NCBI GenBank assembly: GCA_038227875.1
Contig: JBBRPR010000012.1
Coordinates: forward strand, 64,001-128,000
Direction of reading: 5' to 3'
DNA length: 64,000 bases
Source: Planctomycetota bacterium
GTDB taxonomy: Bacteria > Planctomycetota > SZUA-567 > H5-PLA8
The position numbers and the translations under genes were made by a program. A model generated the notes under the pieces. It was given only the letters and a program-made list of their open reading frames with translations. It did no database searches and was not told where the DNA came from. This document shows positions 27,964 through 36,850 of the stretch, piece by piece; the stretch's first letter is position 1; every line of letters starts with the position of its first letter.

Positions 27964-29241
27964 ATGCCGGCGAAATACATCCGTGGTTTGAAGTGCCGCG
28001 AGTGCGGACGCCATTACGAGAGCAAGCCCGTCCACGTCTGCGAAGTCTGCTTTGGGCCGTTGGAAGTCGACTACGACTACGAACTGATTGCCAAAGACGT
28101 GTCGCGCGAAAAGATCGCATCGCGTGACCGCAACATGTGGCGCTACTCGGAATTTCTCCCGCTCGACCGCGAACCGGCCGTCGGCAAGAACACGGGCTTC
28201 ACGCCGCTGATCAAGGCCGACCGCCTGGCCAAGCGCCTGGGCCTGCGCGAATTGTGGGTTAAAAACGACGCGGTCAACTATCCGACGCTGAGCTTCAAAG
28301 ACCGCGTGGTCTCGGTGGCCATCAGCAAAGCCAAGGAATTCGGCTTCACCACTGTCGCTTGCGCAACCACCGGCAACCTTGGCAATTCCGTCGCCGCGCA
28401 GTCCGTCCGCGCGGGGCTGGAATGCTACATTTTCATGCCCGCGAACTTGGAACAGGGCAAGATCATCGGCACCAGCATCTACGGCGTGAACGTCGTCGGC
28501 ATCAGCGGCAACTACGACGGTGTCAACCGCCTCTGCAGCGAAATCGCGGGCAAGTTCGGCTGGGCGTTTGCCAACATCAACATGAGGCCTTTCTACGCCG
28601 AAGGCAGCAAGACGATGGGCCACGAAATCTGCGAACAGCTCGGCTGGAAAGCGCCTGACAACGTTGTCGTGCCGATGGCCGGCGGCAGCCTGATCTGCAA
28701 GATCGACAAGGCGATCCATGAATTCCAGAAGACCGGCCTGATCGATAAGAACAGCCGCACGAAAGTCTTTGGTGCGCAGGCCACCGGCTGCAATCCAATC
28801 ACGCACGCCGTCAAGGAAGGCTGGGAACTGTTCAAGCCCACCAAGCCCAACACGATCGCCAAATCGATCGCGATTGGCAACCCGGCCGACGGTTTCTATG
28901 CGATCAAGACGATGCGCAGCAGCGGTGGCCACGGCGAGGACGTGACCGACGAAGAATTGATCGACGGCATCAAGCTGCTGGCCGAGACGGAAGGCATCTT
29001 CACCGAAACCGCCGGTGGCGTGACCGTCGCGGTGACGCGCAAGCTCGTCGCGCAGGGCCGCATCGATCCGAATTCGTCGACGGTGATCTGCATCACCGGC
29101 AACGGTCTGAAAACTCTCGACGCTGTCGTCAACAACGTCTCCAAGCCCGACGTGATCGAAGCCAAGCTGAGCGAATTCGAGAAGCTCATCACCGTGCTGA
29201 AGGAACGTACGGCCAGCCAGCATGCGGTTGCCGCAAAGTAA
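27964..29241 (+). CDS. Threonine synthase-like PLP enzyme (candidate O-phosphohomoserine sulfhydrylase)
   Basis: N-terminal CxxC...CxxC; PTLSFKDR (PLP lysine), TGNLG, PMAGGSL, ITGNGLK; RBS GGAGG. Confidence 0.9.
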   Translation: MPAKYIRGLKCRECGRHYESKPVHVCEVCFGPLEVDYDYELIAKDVSREKIASRDRNMWRYSEFLPLDREPAVGKNTGFTPLIKADRLAKRLGLRELWVKNDAVNYPTLSFKDRVVSVAISKAKEFGFTTVACATTGNLGNSVAAQSVRAGLECYIFMPANLEQGKIIGTSIYGVNVVGISGNYDGVNRLCSEIAGKFGWAFANINMRPFYAEGSKTMGHEICEQLGWKAPDNVVVPMAGGSLICKIDKAIHEFQKTGLIDKNSRTKVFGAQATGCNPITHAVKEGWELFKPTKPNTIAKSIAIGNPADGFYAIKTMRSSGGHGEDVTDEELIDGIKLLAETEGIFTETAGGVTVAVTRKLVAQGRIDPNSSTVICITGNGLKTLDAVVNNVSKPDVIEAKLSEFEKLITVLKERTASQHAVAAK

Positions 29242-29270
29242 TTTCGAGTACGGAAAGAGAATTTCGCGCG

Positions 29271-29319
29271 CTCCTGGGATACCCAGGAGCCAGAGCCACG
29301 AGCTAAACGCCAGGAGCCA
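29271..29319. repeat. Hairpin plus GGAGCCA-type heptamer repeats
   Basis: CTCCTGGGATACCCAGGAG, then GGAGCCA/GAGCCA/CGAGCTA/AACGCCA/GGAGCCA. Confidence 0.55.
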
Positions 29320-29324
29320 CTCCC

Positions 29325-29897
29325 ATGTCCGTTAAAGTCCGTATTCCCGACGTACTGCGCAAGCTGACCAACGGTTCCGATCTCGTCACGGTGGAAGCGT
29401 CGACCGTCAAAGAGATGATTGATGCGATCGAAAAAGCGCATCCAGGTCTGAAGGAACGCATCTGCGACGAGCAGGGTAATGTGCGCCGCTTCATCAATAT
29501 CTTCGTCAACGAGGAAGACATTCGCTTCGACGACAATCTGAACACGAAGCTCACCGCCGGCGCGGACGTCTCAATCCTTCCGGCCATCGCAGGCGGCAGC
29601 AGCAAGGCCAAGCCCGCGGCGAAGGAATCGAAGGAAGCTGCACCACCACCGGCCGAATTCGTGCGCCGCGTCTACCTGACCTTCAACCGCGAGCAGTGCA
29701 CGCAGCCGATCATCTATCATATGGTGAAGAAATTCGACGTGGTCCCGAACATCCGCGGCGCGTCAGTCACTGAAGACCTCGGCATCATGAGCGTCGAAGT
29801 CAGCGGCACCCGCGACAACGTCGAGAAGGCGCTGGAGTGGGTAAAGAAACAGGGACTGAAGGTGGATCCGATTGAGATGAATGTGGTGGAGCCGTAA
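29325..29897 (+). CDS. MoaD/ThiS/CysO sulfur carrier fused to a C-terminal NIL domain
   Basis: VRIPDVLRKLT...FINIFVNEEDIR...ILPAIAGG, then an AKP linker and QPIIYHMVKKFDVVPNIRGASV (NIL). Confidence 0.88.
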   Translation: MSVKVRIPDVLRKLTNGSDLVTVEASTVKEMIDAIEKAHPGLKERICDEQGNVRRFINIFVNEEDIRFDDNLNTKLTAGADVSILPAIAGGSSKAKPAAKESKEAAPPPAEFVRRVYLTFNREQCTQPIIYHMVKKFDVVPNIRGASVTEDLGIMSVEVSGTRDNVEKALEWVKKQGLKVDPIEMNVVEP

Positions 29898-30038
29898 ACG
29901 TGGACTCACTCGATCGCGCCGAAGCGATGGTGGGAGGCCTGAAGTTCAAGTCTTAGCACCGGGACAAACATTGCTGCATGCCGCGAGAATCGATTTCGCC
30001 GGCCACACGATTGCTTTAAATAAACCCGAGACACTGCC

Positions 30039-31094
30039 ATGTCAATCGAACGCTACAACCGCCAGATACTCCTCCCCTTCATCGGTGAAGAGGGCCAGAA
30101 AAAAATCTCCGCGTCCACCGCCGTCGTTGCCGGCTGCGGTGCGCTCGGCACGGTGATCGCCAATGTTCTCGCGCGCGCGGGTGTCGGAAACCTCCGCATC
30201 ATCGACCGCGACTTCATTGAAGAGAGCAATCTGCAGCGCCAGGTGCTCTTCGATGAACAGGATTGCCGCGAGAACATGCCCAAGGCCGCAGCTGCGGAGC
30301 GCAAGGCCAAACAAATCAACTCTGAGATCAACATCCAAGGCATCGTCACGGATATCAATCCGGCGAATGTCGAAGAGTTGATCAAGGGCGCGGACGTCGT
30401 CGTCGACGGTGCGGATAATTTCGAGACACGGTTCGTGCTCAACGACGCCTGCGTGAAGCACAACATTCCGTGGATCTACGGCGCCGCCGTCGGTTCAACG
30501 GGCATGACCATGACCATCATCCCCGGCCAGACGCCGTGTCTGCGCTGCCTCTTTGAAACCGCGCCGCCGCCGGGAATGACGCCGACCTGCGATACCGCCG
30601 GTGTGCTCGGCGCCGTCACGGGTCTGATCGGAAATTATGAAGCGGCCGAAGCGCTGAAAATTCTGGCCGGCCGCCGCGAGGCGATCAATACACGGCTCTA
30701 TTCGATCGACCTCTGGTCCAGCGAGATGCATCAGTTCAAGATCGCCAAGGCCCGCGATGTCGCCGATTGCCCGTGCTGCAAGCGCCGCAACTTTGAGTTC
30801 CTCGAAGGGCAGGGAGCCAGCACCACGACCGGGCTCTGTGGACGCAACGCCGTTCAGATCAATCCGCGCAACGGTTCGAAGCTGGACCTGCAGGACCTCG
30901 CCAAGCGCCTGCAGGTGGCGGGCGGCTTGACCAACGTCAACGCCAATAAATTCCTGCTGAAGTTCAACGCGCCCGGCGGCGACGACGGCACCGGTCTGGA
31001 GATCACCGTGTTTCCCGACAGCCGCGCGATCATCAAGGGCACGAAAAAAGTTCCCGACGCGCGCACCGCGTACGCCAAGTACATCGGCGCGTAG
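30039..31094 (+). CDS. moeB: MoeB/ThiF family adenylyltransferase
   Basis: RYNRQIL, GCGALG, DRD..EESNLQRQ, DNFETR, CLRC...PTCD...CPCC. Confidence 0.9.
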   Translation: MSIERYNRQILLPFIGEEGQKKISASTAVVAGCGALGTVIANVLARAGVGNLRIIDRDFIEESNLQRQVLFDEQDCRENMPKAAAAERKAKQINSEINIQGIVTDINPANVEELIKGADVVVDGADNFETRFVLNDACVKHNIPWIYGAAVGSTGMTMTIIPGQTPCLRCLFETAPPPGMTPTCDTAGVLGAVTGLIGNYEAAEALKILAGRREAINTRLYSIDLWSSEMHQFKIAKARDVADCPCCKRRNFEFLEGQGASTTTGLCGRNAVQINPRNGSKLDLQDLAKRLQVAGGLTNVNANKFLLKFNAPGGDDGTGLEITVFPDSRAIIKGTKKVPDARTAYAKYIGA

Positions 31095-31103
31095 CCGATT
31101 TCC

Positions 31104-31487
31104 ATGCCTGCCGAAAACGATCCCGCGGAGTGGGTGAGCAACGCCGCCTACTTGCGCGGGATCGCGTTGTTTAACCAGCACCTATTCTGGGAAGCCCACG
31201 AAGCCTGGGAGGAAATCTGGCTGGAAGTCGACGGCGTTCAGTCCGACTTTCTTCAGGGCCTGATTCAATCCGCCGCCGCGTTCCTGAAATACCGCCGCGA
31301 CGAGCCTGCGCCCGCGCTGCGACTCTACAACACCGCCAAGGAAAAACTCGACCGTTGCCCTGATCTTTATATGGGACTAAAGGTCCGTGAATTTCAGTCC
31401 GCGATGGCCGCGGCGCTTGCGCCGGTGATCACCGGGCCCTATCAGCCGCTTGAGGCGAATTCGATTCCTCAAATCACCACGGGCTGA
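31104..31487 (+). CDS. DUF309-family protein
   Basis: GIALFN..FWEAHEAWEEIW...QGLIQ. Confidence 0.85.
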   Translation: MPAENDPAEWVSNAAYLRGIALFNQHLFWEAHEAWEEIWLEVDGVQSDFLQGLIQSAAAFLKYRRDEPAPALRLYNTAKEKLDRCPDLYMGLKVREFQSAMAAALAPVITGPYQPLEANSIPQITTG

Positions 31488-31598
31488 AGGCAGATCCTGT
31501 CCCCAATCCCAGTCCTGAAAATCCGTTCCGGCGTTGAAGCCAATTCGCTCGCGTTATACACTGAGTTACAGAGACGAAGGGACACCTAAAAAAGGAGC

Positions 31599-32228
31599 AT
31601 GCCAAGAGTGAATTCAAACTACGAACGCTTGATGCCGAAGAACGACGACGACGAAGAGGGGAAGCCGAAGCCGGAAACTCCAAAGTCGGAAAATCTGGAG
31701 CTCAAGCTGCTCGAGAGCCGCACGATCCTGGTCGAAGGCCCCGTCAACGACAAGATGTTCCACGCGGCCGTGGCCCGGCTGCTGTACTTGGAACAAAAGG
31801 ACCCGAAGGCGGAAATTACCGTGTTCGTCAACTCGCCCGGCGGCTCCGCGGACAGCGGTTTCGGCATCTATGACACCATGAAGTTTGTGTCGTGCCCGAT
31901 CCGCACGATCTGCACCGGACTGTGCGCCTCGGCTGCCGTGGTAATTTTCCTCGGCGGATCGAAGGGCAAGCGCTACACGACTGCCAATTCGCGTTTCCTG
32001 TTGCATCAGCCCTCGACGCAGGCGTTCGGACAGGCCTCGGACATGGAAATCACCGCCCAGGAAATCCTGCGCACCCGCAAGAAGTACGCGGAAATCGTCG
32101 CACAGGAAATCGGCTCAAACTCCGACAAGATCCAGCAGGATTCCAACCGCGATTTCTGGCTCTCGGCCGAGGAATGCAAGAAGTACGGTCTTGTGGATAA
32201 GGTGATTGTGAAGCGATCGGACATGTAA
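31599..32228 (+). CDS. clpP: ATP-dependent Clp protease proteolytic subunit
   Basis: VNSPGG, GLCASAA (Ser), LLHQP (His), NRDFWLSAEE (Asp); catalytic triad intact. Confidence 0.92.
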   Translation: MPRVNSNYERLMPKNDDDEEGKPKPETPKSENLELKLLESRTILVEGPVNDKMFHAAVARLLYLEQKDPKAEITVFVNSPGGSADSGFGIYDTMKFVSCPIRTICTGLCASAAVVIFLGGSKGKRYTTANSRFLLHQPSTQAFGQASDMEITAQEILRTRKKYAEIVAQEIGSNSDKIQQDSNRDFWLSAEECKKYGLVDKVIVKRSDM

Positions 32229-32497
32229 TGCCGCAGCAGGATCCCAAGGCTCAGCCCCCCGCAACCACGGCCGTCGATCTGGCGGCCGTACGACGCGTGA
32301 TCGATGTTGATATTCGTCCCTATATTCAAGCCGACGGCGGCGACATTGAAATTCTATCGCTCGAAGGCAACACGGTCCGCGTCCGCCTTTCCGGCGCCTG
32401 CGTATCCTGCCCCAGTTCGCTGCAAACGCTCCGCATGGGAGTCCAGTCCCGCCTGCGCGAAAAATTCTCGCCGGACTTGGTTGTCGAAGGCGTCTGA
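32228..32497 (+). CDS. NifU C-terminal (Nfu) domain protein
   Basis: IRPYIQADGGDIE...LSGACVSCPSS..TL; TAATG overlap with clpP. Confidence 0.92.
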   Translation: MPQQDPKAQPPATTAVDLAAVRRVIDVDIRPYIQADGGDIEILSLEGNTVRVRLSGACVSCPSSLQTLRMGVQSRLREKFSPDLVVEGV

Positions 32498-32500
32498 ACG

Positions 32501-32805
32501 GCAATTCGAAATTCAAAATTAAAAATTCAAAAACGCACGCGAAAGTACATGTCTTTTCGCCGACCCTCCGGCAAATTTGCCTGAGGGTCAAAATGACCTT
32601 AGGGACAATCGTCCCCAAGGTGTTCTACAGGTACAACACTACCATTAGTTGTAGATCTGGCCAATTGGCCAGAAGTTAGTTGGACCCTGTTGCAAATTTG
32701 CAACAGGGTCTCTTTGAAATCAGAGCTCGCGAACAAACACACGTCAATCCTAGACGGCTGTCTCCCGCGTGCGTTTTTGAATCTTTAATTTTTAATTTTG
32801 AATTC
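32501..32805. repeat. Composite element: heptamer-rich inverted ends enclosing four 28-bp palindromes
   Basis: Ends (AATTCAA/AATTAAA)n-TTCAAAAACGCACGCG are inverted at 32501-32541 and 32766-32805; palindromes start at 32562, 32595, 32651 and 32683. Confidence 0.8.
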
Positions 32806-34309
32806 ATTCCGCGTTGTCGATCTGTGCCCGCTGCAGCTTCCCCGAATAGTCGACGTACACGCTCTTCCACTCGCTGAAAATGTCGAGCACGGCCTCGCCG
32901 GCTTCACGGTGGCCGTTTCCGGTGTTCTTCACGCCGCCGAAGGGCAGATGAACTTCCGCGCCGATCGTCGGGCCGTTGATGTACGTGATCCCCGCGTCGA
33001 AATCGCGGATTGCACGGAAGGCTTTGTCGATGTCTCGCGTGTAGATGCTGCTCGACAGGCCATAGTTGGTATTGTTGAGAATGCCGACGGCCTCTTCAAA
33101 CGTGTCGAACTTCATCACGGCTACGACCGGCCCGAAGATTTCTTCCAGCGCGATACGCATCGTCGGCTTCACGCCCGCAAAAACCGTCGGCTGAAAAAAG
33201 TAGCCGTGATCGAGCCCCTTGCCGGTCGCAGGCTTGCCGCCGACGAGCAATTCGGCGCCGTCATCGAGTCCGATCTGAATGTAACGCTTGACGCGTTCGC
33301 GCTGAGCGTCGTTGACCATGGGGCCGATGTGGCTCTTCGGGTCGAGCGCATCGCCGAGGCGCAGCTTCTTCGCCATCTCGACCAGGCGCTGCAGAAACGG
33401 TTTGTAAATCTTGCGGTGGAGCAACAGGCGGCTGGTGGCCGTGCAGCGCTGGCCCGCCGTCGCGAATGAACCCCAGACGGCGCCTTCCAGTGCGAGGTCG
33501 AGATTGGCGTCGTCCATCACGATCTGCGCGTTCTTGCCGCCCATTTCGAGCGCGCAGCGCTTCAAGTTCTTGCCGCACGCGCCGGCGATGTGGCTGCCGG
33601 TTTCGCTCGAGCCGGTGAAGCTGATCAGGCTGACGTCCTTGTGTGCGACGAGCGCCACGCCGGCTTCTTCACCGATCCCCTGCACCAGATTCACGACGCC
33701 CGGCGGAACGCCCGCATCTTCGATCGCCTTCACGAACGCCGCGGCGCAAGCCGGCGTGTCTTCTGCGGGCTTGAGCACCATCGTGTTGCCACAGACCAGC
33801 GCGGGGAACATTTTCCAGCTTGGAATTGCGATCGGAAAATTCCACGGCGTGATCATGCCGCAGACGCCGACGGGCCGGCGCACGGACATCGCAAATTTGT
33901 TCGGCAGTTCGCTCGGCACCGTCTGGCCGCTCAGCCGCCGGCCCTCGCCCGAATACAAGTGGGCGCAATCGATGGCTTCCTGGACGTCGCCCCGGGCTTC
34001 GGTCAGTAGCTTGCCCATTTCGCGGGCCATCAGATGGGAGAGTTCTTCCTTGCGCTGCGTCAGCACGTCGGCGCAGCGGCGCAGCAGGTTGCCACGGTCG
34101 GGCGCGGGAACGAGCCGCCAGGATTCGAATGCCTTCTTCGCGGCAGCGACGGCTGCGTCCACATCCGCCGCACCCGAGCGCGGAAAGCGTCCGATCATTT
34201 TGCGCGTGTCCGACGGACTGCGGTCCTCAAATGTCTCGTTGCTCTTTGCCGGCTGCCACTTGCCGCCGATGAAATTCAATTCAGGCGCCAAACCCGCGGA
34301 TCGAGCCAT
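32804..34309 (-). CDS. NAD(P)-dependent aldehyde dehydrogenase
   Basis: ITPWNFP, FTGS, LEMGGKN, GQRCTA, EEIFGP, HLPFGG. Confidence 0.95.
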   Translation of the reverse strand: MARSAGLAPELNFIGGKWQPAKSNETFEDRSPSDTRKMIGRFPRSGAADVDAAVAAAKKAFESWRLVPAPDRGNLLRRCADVLTQRKEELSHLMAREMGKLLTEARGDVQEAIDCAHLYSGEGRRLSGQTVPSELPNKFAMSVRRPVGVCGMITPWNFPIAIPSWKMFPALVCGNTMVLKPAEDTPACAAAFVKAIEDAGVPPGVVNLVQGIGEEAGVALVAHKDVSLISFTGSSETGSHIAGACGKNLKRCALEMGGKNAQIVMDDANLDLALEGAVWGSFATAGQRCTATSRLLLHRKIYKPFLQRLVEMAKKLRLGDALDPKSHIGPMVNDAQRERVKRYIQIGLDDGAELLVGGKPATGKGLDHGYFFQPTVFAGVKPTMRIALEEIFGPVVAVMKFDTFEEAVGILNNTNYGLSSSIYTRDIDKAFRAIRDFDAGITYINGPTIGAEVHLPFGGVKNTGNGHREAGEAVLDIFSEWKSVYVDYSGKLQRAQIDNAE

Positions 34310-34372
34310 GTATGATTTTCTCCAAGAATGGCGAAGCCGGTCTCAATTGTTCACCCAGCGTTCACCGCATCT

Positions 34373-35380
34373 TTACCACACCTGCTCCGGACGCTTAAGC
34401 TTCGACGTCTCGTTCAGAATTTTATTGATCAGCTCCGGAATACCTTCGCCGGTCGCCGCGGAGATTTCTAGGATTTCGACTTTGAGCTTCTTGCGCATCT
34501 TCTTCGCGTTCTCGCGCGCGCCGGTCACGTCCATTTTATTGGCGACAACAATGCGCGGGCGCGAATGCAGCGCTTTGGAATACTGCTCAAGCTCGCGTTC
34601 GATCAGGTGGAAGTTGTCGAGCGGATCGGCGCCGTCCGGCGGCACGGAATCGATGACGTGAACCAATAGGCTGGTCCGTTCGACGTGCCGGAGGAATTCG
34701 TCGCCGAGGCCCGCGCCTTCGTGCGCGCCCTCGATCAGTCCAGGGAGATCGGCCACCACAGCCTGGCGGTAATCGCCGCCGTCGAGAATACCGAGCTGCG
34801 GTTGCTTGGTCGTGAAGGGATACGGCGCGATCTTCGGACGCGCGGAACTCAGGCGGCTGAGCAGCGTGCTCTTGCCCGCGTTGGGAAGTCCGATCAGTCC
34901 GGCGTCGGCGATCAGTTTCAGTTCCAGATGGAGGGTCTGTTCCGTTCCTTTTTCACCGAGCTCCGCGTGGCGCGGTGTCTGGTGTGTTGAGGTCGCGAAG
35001 TGCTGATTACCACGCCCGCCCTTGCCGCCCTTGGCGGCGAGATATTCCTGGCCGGGCTCGACGAGGTCGCAGAGAATTTCGCCGTTGTCGTCTTTCACCA
35101 GCGTGCCGCGCGGCACTTCGATGATGATGTCCTTGCCGGATTTTCCGGAGCAGTTCTTGCTGCCTCCGCCCTGTCCGTTCTGCGCATTGATCTTGCGCTT
35201 GCGGTACAGTGGCAGCAGCGTGTCGACGTTGTTGGTCGCGACGAGCGTGACGTTTCCGCCGCGTCCGCCGTCGCCGCCGGCGGGGCCGCCCCACGGCATG
35301 AACTTGAGGCGCAGAAACGCGACGGCACCGTTGCCGCCGTCGCCGGCCTTCACATGGATCGTTGTTTCGTCGATGAACAT
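34373..35380 (-). CDS. obgE: Obg/CgtA GTPase
   Basis: MFIDE...GGDGGRGG Obg fold; GLPNAGKST, YPFTT, DLPG, NKMD, ISA. Confidence 0.97.
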   Translation of the reverse strand: MFIDETTIHVKAGDGGNGAVAFLRLKFMPWGGPAGGDGGRGGNVTLVATNNVDTLLPLYRKRKINAQNGQGGGSKNCSGKSGKDIIIEVPRGTLVKDDNGEILCDLVEPGQEYLAAKGGKGGRGNQHFATSTHQTPRHAELGEKGTEQTLHLELKLIADAGLIGLPNAGKSTLLSRLSSARPKIAPYPFTTKQPQLGILDGGDYRQAVVADLPGLIEGAHEGAGLGDEFLRHVERTSLLVHVIDSVPPDGADPLDNFHLIERELEQYSKALHSRPRIVVANKMDVTGARENAKKMRKKLKVEILEISAATGEGIPELINKILNETSKLKRPEQVW

Positions 35381-35383
35381 GAC

Positions 35384-35641
35384 TTACCTTTTGCTGACTA
35401 CGGCAACGATTTTGTTGACCGTGTTGAAATTCGCCGGGTCGATATCGGAAGCGTCGATGCGAATCTTGAATTCGTCTTCCAGAAATCCGATCAGGCCAAG
35501 CAGCCCGAACGAATCGATGACACCTTCGTCGATCAAATCCCTGTCGTCCGCTCCTGCTCCGGCGCCGAGGCCACCGGGGCCCACGTTCGCATTTGTATTC
35601 AGGTAGCCGACAACTTTTGCCTTCAACGTCTTTTCATCCAC
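35384..35641 (-). CDS. Stand-alone acyl carrier protein
   Basis: DLIDEGVIDSFGLLGLIGFLEDEF (DS phosphopantetheine site), NFNTV. Confidence 0.85.
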   Translation of the reverse strand: MDEKTLKAKVVGYLNTNANVGPGGLGAGAGADDRDLIDEGVIDSFGLLGLIGFLEDEFKIRIDASDIDPANFNTVNKIVAVVSKR

Positions 35642-35701
35642 GTCAGTGTACTCCAGACCGGCGTCATTTTCTTGTCGCGAGTGAAACTTTCACGCTCACA
35701 T

Positions 35702-36820
35702 TCAAAGCGGCGCATCCGTGCACAGCCGCGCGATGCTTTTTAAGAACGCTGCCGCTCGTGCGCCGTTGACGATCGCATGGTCGAATCCGAGCACCAGGTT
35801 CACATGCTGGGCGAAGCGCAGGTTGCCGTGCTGTTCGACCGGCGCGAGGTACGGCGCACCCAGCAGCAACACCGCCGCTTGTCCGGCGTTGACGAGTGGG
35901 CTGGCCTGCGTCGCTCCGGATCCGAAGAGATTGCTGATCGTGAACGTCGCCACGCCGATTTTTGCGGGCGGAAGTTTGCGTGCGGTGAGTCCCCGGTAGA
36001 GTGCGCGGATTTCTTCGGCGAGTTGCGGGATTGTCAGCGTGTCAGCGTGCGTGATCGCCGGGACGACCAGTTCGCCCTGAACGTCGTAGACGATGCCGAG
36101 GTTCACATCCTTATAGAGCCGTAATTCCGCGCCGCAGCGGTACGCGTTGAATTCCGGATATGTCCGCAGCGCCTGGCCCGCGGCCCAGACAATGGCGTCG
36201 GTGACATTGAGCAGCTGTTTCGTGCTCGTGCGAACTGCGTCGACTTTTGCCTTGAGCCCGCCGATCTCCAGTGGATACGAGACTGACGACGAGGCAATGT
36301 TGCGCGCCGACCAGAGCATACGCTGCTGCGTGCGCAGACCGCTGCCGTGAAGCACGCGGGCTTCACTGACCTCCATGCCGCGCGCGGCGAAGGTTTGTGC
36401 GGAGTCCTCTTTGCTTGTGGCGACCACGACGGGAAGCGTGGGCACCGCGCCGGTGAAACCTTCGTTGAAGAGCACGCGAGAGGATTCGGTGCAACTGTAT
36501 GGATTTTCCTTCGCCGACGCTTCTGCTCCGCTGCTCGCTTTTTTGCTGCTCGCTTCCGGCTTGTAAGGGACGGCGGCTTCGTCGCTGGTTTCGAGCACGG
36601 CCAGCGGTGCGCCGACGGTCAGTTCCTGGCCGGCGCTGGCGAGGAGTTCCTTGATCGTGCCGGCGAACGGACTTTCGACCGTGAACGTGGCCTTCTCGGT
36701 TTCTATTTCAGCGACGGCCGCGCCCGTGGCGATTTTGTCGCCGGGCTGGACCACCAACCGCACCAGCGTGGCCTTCGCGCTGCTGGAATCGAGAGAGGGA
36801 ATGACGATCGCCGTTTTCAT
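35702..36820 (-). CDS. 2-oxoacid dehydrogenase E2-like acyltransferase (lipoyl plus catalytic domain)
   Basis: EIETEKAT lipoyl lysine; TFTISNL; FDHAIVNG. Confidence 0.85.
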   Translation of the reverse strand: MKTAIVIPSLDSSSAKATLVRLVVQPGDKIATGAAVAEIETEKATFTVESPFAGTIKELLASAGQELTVGAPLAVLETSDEAAVPYKPEASSKKASSGAEASAKENPYSCTESSRVLFNEGFTGAVPTLPVVVATSKEDSAQTFAARGMEVSEARVLHGSGLRTQQRMLWSARNIASSSVSYPLEIGGLKAKVDAVRTSTKQLLNVTDAIVWAAGQALRTYPEFNAYRCGAELRLYKDVNLGIVYDVQGELVVPAITHADTLTIPQLAEEIRALYRGLTARKLPPAKIGVATFTISNLFGSGATQASPLVNAGQAAVLLLGAPYLAPVEQHGNLRFAQHVNLVLGFDHAIVNGARAAAFLKSIARLCTDAPL

Positions 36821-36850
36821 GGATTTGCGAATCTTACTGGGATTCCACGT

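Noticed and set aside
27808..28127. Upstream extension of thrC and the overlapping 99-aa ORF
   Set aside because: A clear GGAGG RBS precedes ATG 27964; the upstream region is riboswitch leader.
32633..32654. NrdR-box-like ACAACACTACCATTAGTTGTAG
   Set aside because: Single imperfect copy between convergent gene ends, with no nrd gene or promoter context.
32683..32710. Perfect palindrome resembling two abutted IS terminal inverted repeats
   Set aside because: No transposase remnant or target duplication is visible, and sibling palindromes with different arms fit a repeat family better.
32562..32710. Possible mini-CRISPR array
   Set aside because: The units differ in sequence, the gaps are irregular (5, 28 and 4 nt), and there are no cas genes.
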